Positions 52,607-64,000 of a stretch of 64,000 nucleotides of DNA are shown here, piece after piece. Origin of the DNA: Octopus sinensis (Eukaryota); contig NC_043005.1 of assembly GCF_006345805.1 (NCBI RefSeq), positions 101,494,001-101,558,000 of the forward strand, written 5' to 3'. Position numbers and translations under genes: made by a program. The notes beneath the pieces are model-generated. The model was not told where the DNA came from and did not search any database. It was given only the letters and a program-made list of their open reading frames with translations. Position 1 is the first letter of the stretch; each line of letters opens with the position of its first letter.

Positions 52607-53759
52607 GCATGTATGTATGTGTTACTGTGAGTGTCTTAATCCATCTATATATGTATCTATCAATGTGCACACACACACAAACACATATGTATATACATAT
52701 ATATACACATATCTACGTTATGTATGAGCGTGTTATTTTCTGTCTGTGTCCGTCTATATATGTATGTACTTATCACACACACACACACACACAAATGCAT
52801 AATATACGTACATGCATTTACATTTACACGTGTGTGTGTGTGTGTATTTGTTGCCCAATCTGTATTATGTATACAAGCAGACATATATTTCTCTGTAAAT
52901 ACGTGAGTATACACACGCACTCGAGATTAATATGTGTGTGTACATATGTATATATATGCATATATTCATATATACACATGCATATGTACATATATGTGTG
53001 TGTGTATGTATGTGTGTGCGTGTTTATATATGTATATAAGTCTATGCAGTGTTTATAAGTACAGGTATGAATGCGTACATATCTACCTGCGTGTATGTGT
53101 GTGTGTGTGTTCAAGTGTGAGCGCACGCACGCATGCGTGAATCATGTAAGTATCTCTGCAATTGCAACCGTGTGGATGCTTCATATGTTTTTGCCATTTT
53201 TTTTTTCGATTGCTAGTCTTCGTTTTTCTTTTTAATTTCAATTTGTCGTCCTCGCGGCTTTTTGGCGAGATTTAAAAATTTCTGACATGTTGTCAAGAAG
53301 GTTTGACGATACCTCAAGGGTATTTGAAGATAGAGTTTGTGTGTGTTTGCGTGGTTCTGATCGAAATCGGGGTGGGGATGGACTTTTATCAGAGAAACAA
53401 AACCAAGTAAAATAAAATAAGGTGTGGGGGGGGGGAGCCCCACCCCGCCTTCACCCCAAGCACAAAGAAGAAATAACAATGAATTAAAGAGATAACAGAA
53501 CAAATATGCTGTTAAAGACGCATAGGCGAATAGAGGAGAGCGCATACACACATGGTTTATATACTCTGTCTCATACGCACTAACTCTTGCGAGTGTGTGC
53601 TTACACAGAGAGACGCACTTACTTGCATACACAGCATTTGCTACGTGGCAGAAAACTAAGCAAAACAGACACAAACACATTTATGAGATATCTGAAAGAC
53701 GCAAAACTGATGCATTCATACATATATATAAATATATATATATATATATAAACATAAAC

Positions 53760-53811
<52 letters not shown>

Positions 53812-53834
53812 TATATATCTATATATATATATAT

Positions 53835-54235
53835 ACTCTTTTACTTGTTTCAGTCATTTGACTGCGGCCATGCTGGAGCACCGCCTATAGTCGAGGAAAT
53901 CGACCCCGGGACTTATTCTTTGTAAGCTCAGTACTTATTCTATCGGTCTCTTTTGCCGAACCGCTAAGTGACGGGGACGTAAACACACCAGCATCGGTTG
54001 TCAAGCAATGCTAGGGGGACAAACACAGACACACAAACATATACACACACACTTATATATATACATATATACGACAGGCTTCTTTCAGTTTCCGTCTACC
54101 AAATCCACTCACAAGGCATTGGTCGGCCCGGGGCTATAGCAGAAGACACTTGTCCAAGATGCCACGCAGTAGGACTGAACCCGGAACCATGTGGTTGGTT
54201 AGCAAGCTACTTACCACACAGCCACTCCTGCGCCT
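53835..54235 (-). mobile_element. Young composite SINE (S3 head, microsatellite, S2 tail)
   Basis: Head ggcgcaggagtggctgtgtggtaagtagc..ggttccgggttcagtcc; tail ...tgactgaaacaagtaaaagagta. Confidence 0.88.
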
Positions 54236-54245
54236 ATATATATAT

Positions 54246-54940
54246 AAACAATATTTTATAATTACGAGTATAATTATAATTAGGGTTCAGCAAAGATTTG
54301 CTCTACCATATACCGAAGTTTAGAAATAGCAGCCAAAGAACCTTCGCTATTTCTTCTACTATAAGAAGATGTTCTTGAAAAAAAAAAAAAAATACTTGAA
54401 CAACCCACGTGGATGGGCAGGGAAAGGTGATGAACCTCATTCGTATATTTTGAATTCGCCGGTACTGAACGTTGAATATGATCTGTTTGATACTGTTGGG
54501 AATTGGAGAGGTATGTTCAATTTTTCCAGTGGTTTCGGATTTAATATCGTGGAATCTCATGCTGATGAGGAAAATGTTTGGGTGAAGTATGATCTTTACA
54601 TTCTTTATACCGATCTAATTCCGAAACGCGTCCATAGGTAATCAAATACAGAGTGAATTTCGTTATTTTTCCTCTCCGTCGGCGTGAGTTATTTCGAAAT
54701 ATTTTGTTTTGTCCGGGAGCCTCGTCTTACAGTAGAAGAAATAGCTGAGGTTCTTTGGCTGCTATTTCTAAACTTCGGTATGTGGTAAAGCAAATCTTTG
54801 CTGAACCCTAATTATAATTATACTTGTAATTATAAAATATTGTTTAAGTTTACCGAAAAATGGTCCTTTTTCATGCCGAATGCTGCTTGTTAAAATTATT
54901 GATTACTCGTTAATTAATTAATTTTACCCTTTATTATTAT
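54246..54940 (+). mobile_element. Fold-back PLE-like element: 121-bp inverted arms around a 358-bp core containing a hammerhead, plus a unique 3' tail
   Basis: Arms 54246-54366 and 54725-54845; tail 54846-54940 shared with 32336-32440 and partly with 12240-12290. Confidence 0.8.
54559..54635 (+). ncRNA. Type I hammerhead motif, canonical core, GUC site, long loop II
   Basis: AUG CUGAUGA GGAA [46 nt] UUCC GAA ACGCGU C CAU; palindromic stem III ACGCGU. Confidence 0.72.
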
Positions 54941-54986
<46 letters not shown>

Positions 54987-55274
54987 TTTTACTCTTTTAC
55001 TTGTTTCAGTCAGTTGACTGTGGCCATGTTGGAACACCGCCTTTAGTCGAGCAAATCGAGCCCAGGACTTATTCTTTGTAAGCCTAGTACTTATTCTATT
55101 GGTCTCTTTTGACGTAAACACATCAGCATCGGTTGTCAAGAGTAATTTGATTATCATGACTTGTAGGATGCTAACAATCAACTATTGGTAACTTCTATGC
55201 GAAGAGAAAGGATGGTTAGAGAAGTGTAAAGTCAGTGGAGATGACCTTTCGATATTGCATCGTGTCACTTAGAC

Positions 55275-56133
55275 CGGTGCTTCTCAAACTATCTAATGTG
55301 GCGTACTGGCCGTTTTTTTCTAATGTGTCTGGGACCGGTAATATTTCTTAGTAATATTAATTTATACTGGAAACAATATATATAATGTAAAGTATACTAG
55401 CCATCTCAATATGTCTAACCAATAAAGGTGGGTGTTACTGTAGCTTTTAGCCTCGGGAGATCATCGTCTCCAGCTGGCTTTAGGCACACTATCTGTGCTC
55501 TTATGGTATTTGCAAAGGGAGGTCATCCCTCTCTCGTCAACCTAAGTGATACGCACGGACTGCAGTTTCTAGGTATTTGCCTGTCTTCAGCGTACGGCAA
55601 TCACCGGTTTTCGATGAAGAATATAATAAACACTGACAATTTCTTTTATCATAGGTGTGGGAGTGGCTGTGTGGTAAGTAGCTGGCTTACGAACCACATG
55701 GTTCCGGGTTCAGTCCCACTGCGTGGCATCTTGGGTAAGTGTGTTATTTTATAGCTTCGGGTCGACCAAAGCCTTCTGAGTGTATTTGGTAGATGGAAAC
55801 TGAAAGAAGCCCGTCGTATATATGTATATATATATGTATATGTACGTGTGTGTATATGATAAAATAAGTACTAGGCTTACAAAGCATAAGTCTTGGGGTC
55901 GATTTGCGCGACTAAAGGCGGCGCTCCAGCATGGCCGCACTCAAAATGACTGAAACAAATAAAAGAGTAAAGAGTAAAAGAGTATATTTATTTTTCAAAC
56001 AAGTAATGGAATATCACATAAGCATTTCATAAGCATTTTATGTTTCTTTCTTTTCTGGAAACTCGCCGCGTACCGACAGCTGATGGCTCACGGACTGGCG
56101 CCGGTCCGTGGACCACCACTTTGAGAAGCCCTG
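55275..56133. mobile_element. hAT (Charlie-like) non-autonomous element with nested SINE(s) at 55655-55985
   Basis: TIRs cggtgcttctcaaa / tttgagaagccctg; perfect 8-bp TSD ACTTAGAC at 55267-55274 and 56134-56141. Confidence 0.88.
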
Positions 56134-56229
56134 ACTTAGACAACATCTACTGAAGCATAGTGAGGAAATTTGTACACCACATGTAAGTTCAAATACAGAA
56201 GTAATAACATCGTGAAATTAAGTGAAGAA

Positions 56230-56556
56230 ACCCGAACCAAATAGTTATGCTGACTGTATAGCTGTACAAATATATGGGAAACTACCACCTGTGTCATCTC
56301 TTGTGAAAGGTAGAAGAGTCCAGTTTGCTGGATATTGTTGTAGAACAGAAAACGAGGTAATTTCTACTCTTCTCCTCTGGAAGCCATCTGCTCGTGATAC
56401 CAGAGGGCGCACACTCTCCTACCCTGATGTAATCTCCAGGGATACAGGCATCCAGCAACAGGACCTTTGTAATGCTATGATGGACCGTGAAGTCTGGCGT
56501 AACATAATAAACTCCATTGTCTCGACCACGGTCGAACAATGATGATGATGATGATG
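56230..56556 (+). mobile_element. RTE-related LINE 3' end with a (GAT)n tail
   Basis: IYGKLPPVSSLVKGRRVQFAGYCCR..E..LLLWKP..RGRTLSYPDVISRDTG..DLCNAMMDREVWR; stop followed by gatgatgatgat. Confidence 0.85.
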
Positions 56557-59500
56557 TATAGATATTCCATGTGAACCAAGGGCGACAGGACTTACCTACT
56601 TAGGTAAACTTTGGGGGGAGAAACACCCCTCATATCAGCGTGGAGTTAGTGATGGACACATATCACAGAGGGTAGAGAATACCAATTATATTGAGTGAAG
56701 TAATTTCTTCTGTTGGATCTATGCTGGATACATCACATCTCCCCTGGAAGGATAGGTTGGAAATGTATCCTCTTAAGAAAGGAAATAGATGTTAAATACT
56801 TGATCAATAACATAAGGACAACTTTAAATCCTTATCCCAAATATATCTATACTCACGTATACACACACCCAGATATCTATGTATAAGTGTGTGTGTGTAT
56901 TCATACATACACACAAACATACATACCTACATAGACACACACGCTTTCTTTTATTTGTTTGTCATTTGACTGCGGCCCAATGTATGTGCATATATATCCT
57001 GTTCCTTTCAGTTATGTGTTGCTGTGCTGTAAGCCCCACATCTGCTCTTACCAAACGGACCACTGATCAAAGGCTTCTAACTGAGCGTTAGAATTTTTCT
57101 TGAAGACGTTTCATTTGCTGATAATTTGGTTGCTATTTCTAGCAAGTCTAGTCATTGTGTAGAATTTTCATCGTTCGAATGTAAATGGTAAACATTTACT
57201 TCCAGGTGCGATGAACTATAGCTGGCTAAGTCTCTCACACATTATTATATCTTTCGGTCAACTTGGCCAAATGTAACAGGCGCTAATATCTTCAAGAAAT
57301 TCATAAACATCACACAACATCATTTGCTACCATATATTGTAGGGGTCGGTCAGGATTCATATGGAAATACAGACGTTAGAACCCACTTTATGACAGCTGA
57401 TGGTGATATAGAAGCTGTCAGTTGTATTCAATGGCGGATGGTTTGGATAATTACACTTCAGGCCATACTAATGGCTAATCGTGCTCAGAGTTTAGACGTT
57501 CAGGCTTAGCATCTCTGATTTACTAAATGAATTTTTATGAATACACACAGACGCTCGTAAATATACATGCATACACGTAGAGTACACACACACAAGCACA
57601 TAGACACACAAACACACGCACACAAACACACATATGCGCGCATACACACATACACAAGCAAACATATGCACGCGCACACACATATGCATGCAGCTCAGAG
57701 ATATATTTCCTCTAGTGTTACAGTAGTGAAGATACAGCAGCACCACAATTAAATAATCATTAAGTAGGGAATTCATTATCATGAGGATACGTTATCATAG
57801 TCACTGCTGCTCCAGTAACTGTTCGTGTGTGTGTGTGTACGTGCTTCTGTGTGTGCGTTTGTGTGTGTCTGCGTGTGATGTTTACACATAGCTAATTCAA
57901 ATTCTAATTTCTCCACTAAATCGCCCATATAAGAGAGTCATCCCTCATTAAAACCTGTTGTTATGGAAATTTCATCATAGAGAATTAATTTCCATCTTAG
58001 AATACATTATTTACTACGTGACAGAGTAAGAGAATGATTAAATGTCTTCCGATATTTAGTTCCATCTGCCAACATCCCGAGTTCAAATCCCAAGCGTACT
58101 GTACTGGCATTGCTCTACGTCCCCGGGACGATAAACCAAAACACCCGTCTTATACTGAGTTAACATTCTCCAGTGTACCCACCCCCTTCTTCAATAAAAC
58201 TGACAAAATCTGAACTGTTCTCTGCTCTGTACGTGTCTGAATTGATTAAGTGTTGATCTGTGATATATCGATCTGTGATATATCGAGCAGTGTCAGGATA
58301 TGCCTTGCGCTGTTTCTTCCGGCACTTCTCAGTTTAAGTTCGAATCCTGCAGGGGTGAACTTTCACTTCCCGAATCGTTAAATCATATTAAAATTAAGTA
58401 TGAGGGACGTTGTAATCGACTAAACCATCCCAGCCCCGTCAAAGTGTGGACCTGTGATTAACTTACAAATGATATTGATTCAAAATTTTGATACAAAGCC
58501 AGCAATTTTGGGGACGTGAGCCTAAGTCCATTACATCGATCTCAATGTTCAACTGGTACTATTTTATCGACTCCAAAAGGATGAAAGGCAAAGTCGACCT
58601 CGGCGGAATTTGAACTCAGAACGTAAGGACGGACGAATTGCCGCTAAGTATTTTGCCTAGCGTGATAATGATTCTACCAGCTGGCCGCCTTTAACTAACA
58701 AACAATACTGACAACGACTGATAGCTTGTCCACATTGAAGACAAGTCCACCTCGGCTGACTCACATAACGTTTAATAGACTCTACCATGCTTCACAACAT
58801 AGTAAATGAAAGAACCTAATTGGAAGCTGTCGATATAGTCACACACTTCCATTAACTGAGTCTCAAATATCTACATTATTGATTCTGTCACAATACATAC
58901 ATACTTACATACATACATACACATCTATGCATGCATCCATCCATTCATCTAAAGATACATACAGACATACACACACATGTATGTATGTGTATATGTATAT
59001 TAACATCCATACACGCACATATATATTTACAAATGTGCACGGGACGATCCGCAATAACGAAAAGCAATGGAACTAAGCTTCATCAAAAAAGTTTCTCTAA
59101 AATTAAATGTTTGAAGGTAAAGCAGAGAATTTGCATTTTTTATTCCAAATGTGGCTCATCTCTACAAATGTTCAGGTATATATATGTGTAGCGTTAAGAT
59201 GTTCTAGCCTTGCGTATATGTATATATATTTTAATGTATTTTATTTATTTATCTTCTCAATTTTTAATTTGAAAATATTGTATTGATGTCTTTTCATGCG
59301 GAACTACATTTCACCAAAAAATGTTTGAAAGAAAAAGGGAGACACTACATTTGGTATTCTAAATATAACACAAAGTGAAGAAAGAGAGTTGAAAAAAGAA
59401 GAGGAGAAAAGAAAGAGAAAGGGGAAAAGAGAAAAAAGTAAAAAGAAAGGAAGAAGGGGAAAAGAGAAAGAAAGCAAAAGACTTTCAGTGATGACTACAC

Positions 59501-60070
59501 CACACCTGTTTTTTCTGTTTTCTTTCTTTTTCGTTCCTTTTTTTTTTTTGAAGAGGTCACCATCCATAAATCCATTCCAATACAATGGTAAATGACAAAA
59601 TAAATAAATGAATGGTGAAATAGAAGGGGGATCCTCCTTCTGTCTCTCCCTCCCTATCTATCTATCAATCTATCTATCAGCCTATCTACCTACCTATATT
59701 TCTATCTATCTCCATTGTCATGGAACCTCACACCGTCACATAAAAAAAGAACAAACAATGTTCTCTTCTAAACAAAATCTCCCCAAAACATCTGTTTCGT
59801 ATTACTGAACAAGCTGTTCATACATTCACAAAATTTTATTTGACTTGTTCCAGAAACCAACGAAAGCGCTGATTATAATAAAGAAATATAAAGATTTTTT
59901 TCCCCAAAATTCTGACTTTTTTCTCAATATTCAATTTCTGTACACCACATCTAACACTAAACACACACACACACACACACACACGCAAATATGCATGTAT
60001 GTATCGTGAATAGATTTGTTACACGGAAACTGAGAGACACCTGTCGTGTGTCTCTCTCTCTATATATTAT

Positions 60071-60257
60071 ATTGTGTCTCGGGAGAGTCATTCTATTTTA
60101 ATGCCTTATTAATTAACACACTCACCGGTTCGATTTCCACTAATTTACTTATTTATTTTTTCTAAAAATAGAGTGTGTTAATTAATAAGTCATAAAACGG
60201 TGAGTGTGTTAATTAATAAGTCATGAAACAGAATGACTCCCCCACCCCAGACACAGT
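60071..60257. mobile_element. Small TA-flanked MITE with ~55-bp inverted arms and an extra internal arm copy
   Basis: tgtgtctcgggagagtcattct...ttattaattaacacactcaccg versus cggtgagtgtgttaattaataag...agaatgactccc...agacacagta. Confidence 0.75.
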
Positions 60258-60320
60258 AAAATATGCTTCAACACACGAATACACATAAAGAATCTTGCAA
60301 ACGAAATACAAAAAAATGAA

Positions 60321-60380
<60 letters not shown>

Positions 60381-60568
60381 TATGAATTTAATGCAGCTCT
60401 ATCGATGTAAACATTATCAGTGTTACATGCATAATGTTTTGTTTAGACGCCTGTCTGGGGCGGGACATCGTCCAGAAAAGCTCTGGAGAATGCATAGGCT
60501 TCCATACGGACACAGACATGGATAAGTGTTTAAGAAGCTCAATTTGCTTCATTATTATAATGAAACCT

Positions 60569-60627
<59 letters not shown>

Positions 60628-61179
60628 GAGTGAGAGAGCAGTTCATGCCATCAAAGTGACACTGGGGTAAAATATACGAAGCCCAATATACCCATCATGA
60701 CCACCCGTCTGATAAGGGTACACCAGGCACATGCATCACAAACATATGTGCGCGACATGGTGATTTCATATCAAGATAAACAGCACATGACCTTGCAGGT
60801 GGGGCCCAGTTAGAATTTTCTTCAGGTTGAGTAGCCCATCCCGCTCAAAAGGTCCCTGGATAAGGGTTGTTGAAGGATGTTGAAAGAACCACCCATGTTT
60901 CCAGAGGTGAATTATCCAAATCCCAAAGAATCCCTCTCAACACAAGGCTATGATGCTCCCCCACTACTTCTGTTCGTGATCAGAGATGCACATATCGTCA
61001 GCCACCAAGGGACATGCTCAACTGGTTAAGGTCAAGCAACTGACAAGCAAATCTGTGGTATTGAGCAGAATATTTGCTGTAGCCCATCTTTTATACCAAG
61101 ACAAAAAATGTACATGATAACACTTCCAATCAGTTAAGATGGGAAGCCATGAGAGCCACTGCCTGGTATTGCATCAGGG

Positions 61180-61181
<2 letters not shown>
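60628..61181 (-). mobile_element. Element A copy 2 in (ATT)n
   Basis: Reverse complement of 43053-43604 with scattered substitutions and the same termini. Confidence 0.85.
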
Positions 61182-61264
<83 letters not shown>

Positions 61265-61281
61265 TTATTATTATTATTATT

Positions 61282-61903
61282 CTATGTTTGACTTTTGCTT
61301 TATATTTGTACAAGTTGGCTCCAAGTCTAACCCAGAGACCTCAAGAGACAACAGGGTTGGAAGTTCATGTTGTTGTTATGCCTAGTGTGCCATATATTTG
61401 GGGGGTGGGGGTGTTGTACTAATGAATGTCTAAAAAAAGTTTTTTTTTTTTTTTTTTAAACCGAAAATTATGTTTGTTTTAAACCTTGAGATTACATAGA
61501 AAGTATTTTGCGTAGGATATGAGCAGTTCCCATGAGCACTATCTTTTGGATTTCTGCCATTTTGGGGTTTCCTGGTATCTGAGTTAGGTAGCTATCAGCC
61601 CCTTTTGCTATCATTCCCAGAGCACCTATGACAACAGCTATTGTTTTAGTCTTCAGGTTCCACATTTTGCTGATTTCTATTTCAAGATCTTTATATTTGC
61701 TCAGTTTTTGGTAGGTCTTGAGAGATACGTTTATATCGATTGGGACAGTCATATCAATGAGGAGGCATGTTCTTTGTTTGAAGTCTTTCAATATGATGTC
61801 TGGCCTATTTGTATCTATCTTTCTGTCAGTTTGAATGGTGAAGTTCCAGAGGAGTGAGATGTGGTCATTTTCAAGCACTGGGGGTGGTTTGTGTTCCCAC
61901 CAG

Positions 61904-61906
<3 letters not shown>
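61282..61906 (-). mobile_element. 5'-truncated R4/Dong-type retrotransposon B copy 2
   Basis: ORF 61492-61878 is nearly identical to 43758-44186; same 3' UTR ending caaaagtcaaacatag-(aat)n. Confidence 0.9.
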
Positions 61907-61972
<66 letters not shown>

Positions 61973-61996
61973 TTAATTTTATCATTATCATTATTA

Positions 61997-62067
<71 letters not shown>

Positions 62068-62070
<3 letters not shown>

Positions 62071-64000
62071 TAGTTTTATTTTTATAGCGTGCTTTCACTT
62101 CACTACCGAGCGCAGCTCTGTGTGCCTTGGGTATGTGCTGTGATTTGTTGTGATGCTCTGATGGTTATTGTATGGAAAGTGTTCTGCGTAGGATGTGTGC
62201 AGTGCCTAGTAGTGCAATTTTCTGTATGTTATATGTGTTTGTAAGTCCTGGTGTTTTTGTTATGTATTTGTCTGAATAATTTTTTATCATGCCTAATGCA
62301 CCTACTATGATAGGAATTGTTTCCGTTTTCAGGTTCCACATTCTAGTTATCTCTATTTCCAGGTCTTTGTATTTTGAGAGTTTCTCTATTTCTTTTAGAG
62401 ACACGTTGTCATCTGCCGGTATTGATACATCAATTAGAAAGCATTTTTTTTCTTCATGGTCTCTGACAACTATATCTGGTCTGTTGGTCTTAATTTCTCT
62501 ATCTGTGTGTATCGGCATATCCCAGAGTATGGTTGCTTTCTCGTTTTCTGTGACCTTTTCTGGTGTGTGCCTATACCATCTTTTTTCTGTTGTTATTCCA
62601 TAATGTTGGCATAGCTTCCAATGTATGTAGGTTCCAACTCTGTCATGTCTGTGAATATATTCCTTCTTAGCCAGGACTGGGCAGCTAGAGATAATATGAT
62701 TTATTGTTTCTTGTCCATCTCCACATATTCTGCAGTTACTTGTAATATTTCTTTTCATTACATGTTTTTGGTAATTTCTGGTGGGGAGGCTTTGGTCTTG
62801 TGCTGCAATTAAAAATCCCTCTGTTTCTGCTTTGAGTCCTGAGCTTCTCAACCATTGCTGGGATTTTTCTTTGTCTATTTCTTTTGCGTTTAGTTTAGTC
62901 CAGTATTTACCATGAAGGGGCTTTTCTTGCCATCGTTTTATCATGGTTCGTTGTTGTTCTATTTTTAGTTTGGATTTCATTTGTTTTATAGCTTTTGTTG
63001 TTTCTTCATCATCTTCTTCTTCTTCTTCTTCTTCTTCTTCTTCTTCTTCTTCTTCTTCTTCTTCTTCTTCTTCTTCTTCTTCTTTGTGTTTATTTGGTGG
63101 TATGATTTCTTGTTTGTATTTGTCAGCTTCCTTAAATACTGAGAACAGTTTTTTGTTTTGCTCGTGTTTTGCTGCTATCTGGATCAGTTTTCCTTCCTTC
63201 TGAAGTAGGTATTTTTGCAGTCCTATGATGGTTATTTTATAGTAGTTTTCCAGCTGTATAAGCCTCTACCACCTTCTATACGTTGTATATATAGTCTTTC
63301 TATGTCAGATTTTGGGTGATGCATCCTAGATCCTGTCAGTATTTTTCTTGTTTTCCTATCTATTTTGGACAGTTCATTTCGTGTCCAGTTAAGGATATTG
63401 TAGCTGTAACTTATAACTGGGACAGCTAAAGTGTTGATACATATTATCTTGTTTTAGCATTGAGCTCTGTTTTTAGTATTGATCTAACTCGTCTATAATA
63501 TTCTTTTTTTATTTTCTCTTTCATTTGTGTGTGTTGTGTCTTATCTAGTTCATGGATTCCTAAGTATTTGTAAGTTTGGCTTTGGTCTAATTCTTTTATT
63601 TCATTGGTTTTATCTAGTGTGATGTTGTTACTCTTAACTAGTTTTCCTCTTTTCATGGTTACTTTGGCGCATTTTTCTAATCCAATTTCATATCTATTTC
63701 TTTGTGGTAAATCCATGAACTGTCTTTAGTAGTGTTTCCAGCTGTTTGTCATTTGCAGCGTATTTTTTAGGTCATCCATATAAAAAGGTGGCTGATCGTT
63801 TTGCCGTAACATTTATATCCGCATCCAGTTCTATTTAGCATATCAGATAGAGGTGACAGTGCCAAGCAGAAAAGGAGTGGAGAGAGCGTGTCTCCCTGAA
63901 TATTCCTCTTCTAATGGGGATGTCTTTGGTTTTCATGAGTCCCTCTTTTGTTTGGAGGTGTAGGACTGTTTGCCATTTATTCATAGAGTGCTCTATGAAT
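62068..64000 (-). mobile_element. R4/Dong-type retrotransposon C (RT + CCHC + RLE), frameshifted, runs off the window
   Basis: RRGIFxGDTLSPLLFCLAL..ISHLxYMDDLK, GLEKCAK, YKYLG, IERLY..R.EGGRGL, QWL..LKAETEGFLIAAQDQ, CRICG..ETINHIISSC..Y..RHD, RPDIVV..D, KLSKY, GALG. The 3' end abuts (AAT)n. Confidence 0.92.

Noticed and set aside
57324-57509. 61-aa plus ORF (GVGQDSYGNTDVRTHF...)
   Set aside because: Short, no recognisable family, surrounded by repeat words.

Overview
Very AT-rich, repeat-saturated eukaryotic genomic DNA. The SINE families and microsatellite load look like an Octopus/coleoid cephalopod genome (inference from repeat content). There is one 100-N scaffold gap at 19386-19485. I could not identify an intact protein-coding gene. 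Nearly all ORFs in the track are translations of (TA)n/(CA)n/(ATCT)n/(AAT)n microsatellites or of transposon debris, and only a few weak exon candidates lie in the first 10 kb. Recognisable mobile elements: a full-length but decayed DD41D Tc1/mariner with TIRs and TA flanks, two further Tc1-like fragments, two hAT MITEs with 8-bp TSDs, a Tx1/L1 3' end, several RTE-clade LINE 3' ends, many tRNA-derived SINEs, and Penelope-like element (PLE) remnants. Two systems stand out. (1) At least seven minimal type I hammerhead ribozyme motifs from about six different repeat families, read by eye. They include a well-paired G3:C8 core-swap variant (33852-33901), U3 variants (49170-49212, 38803-38888) and a GUC-site motif (54559-54635) inside a 121-bp inverted repeat. 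(2) Two (AAT)n fields colonised in one consistent orientation by R4/Dong-type restriction-like-endonuclease retrotransposons and by a ~550-bp non-coding element with precise ends. The window also has several near-perfect fold-back palindromes and a perfect 435-bp-period duplication, some of which may be assembly artefacts.
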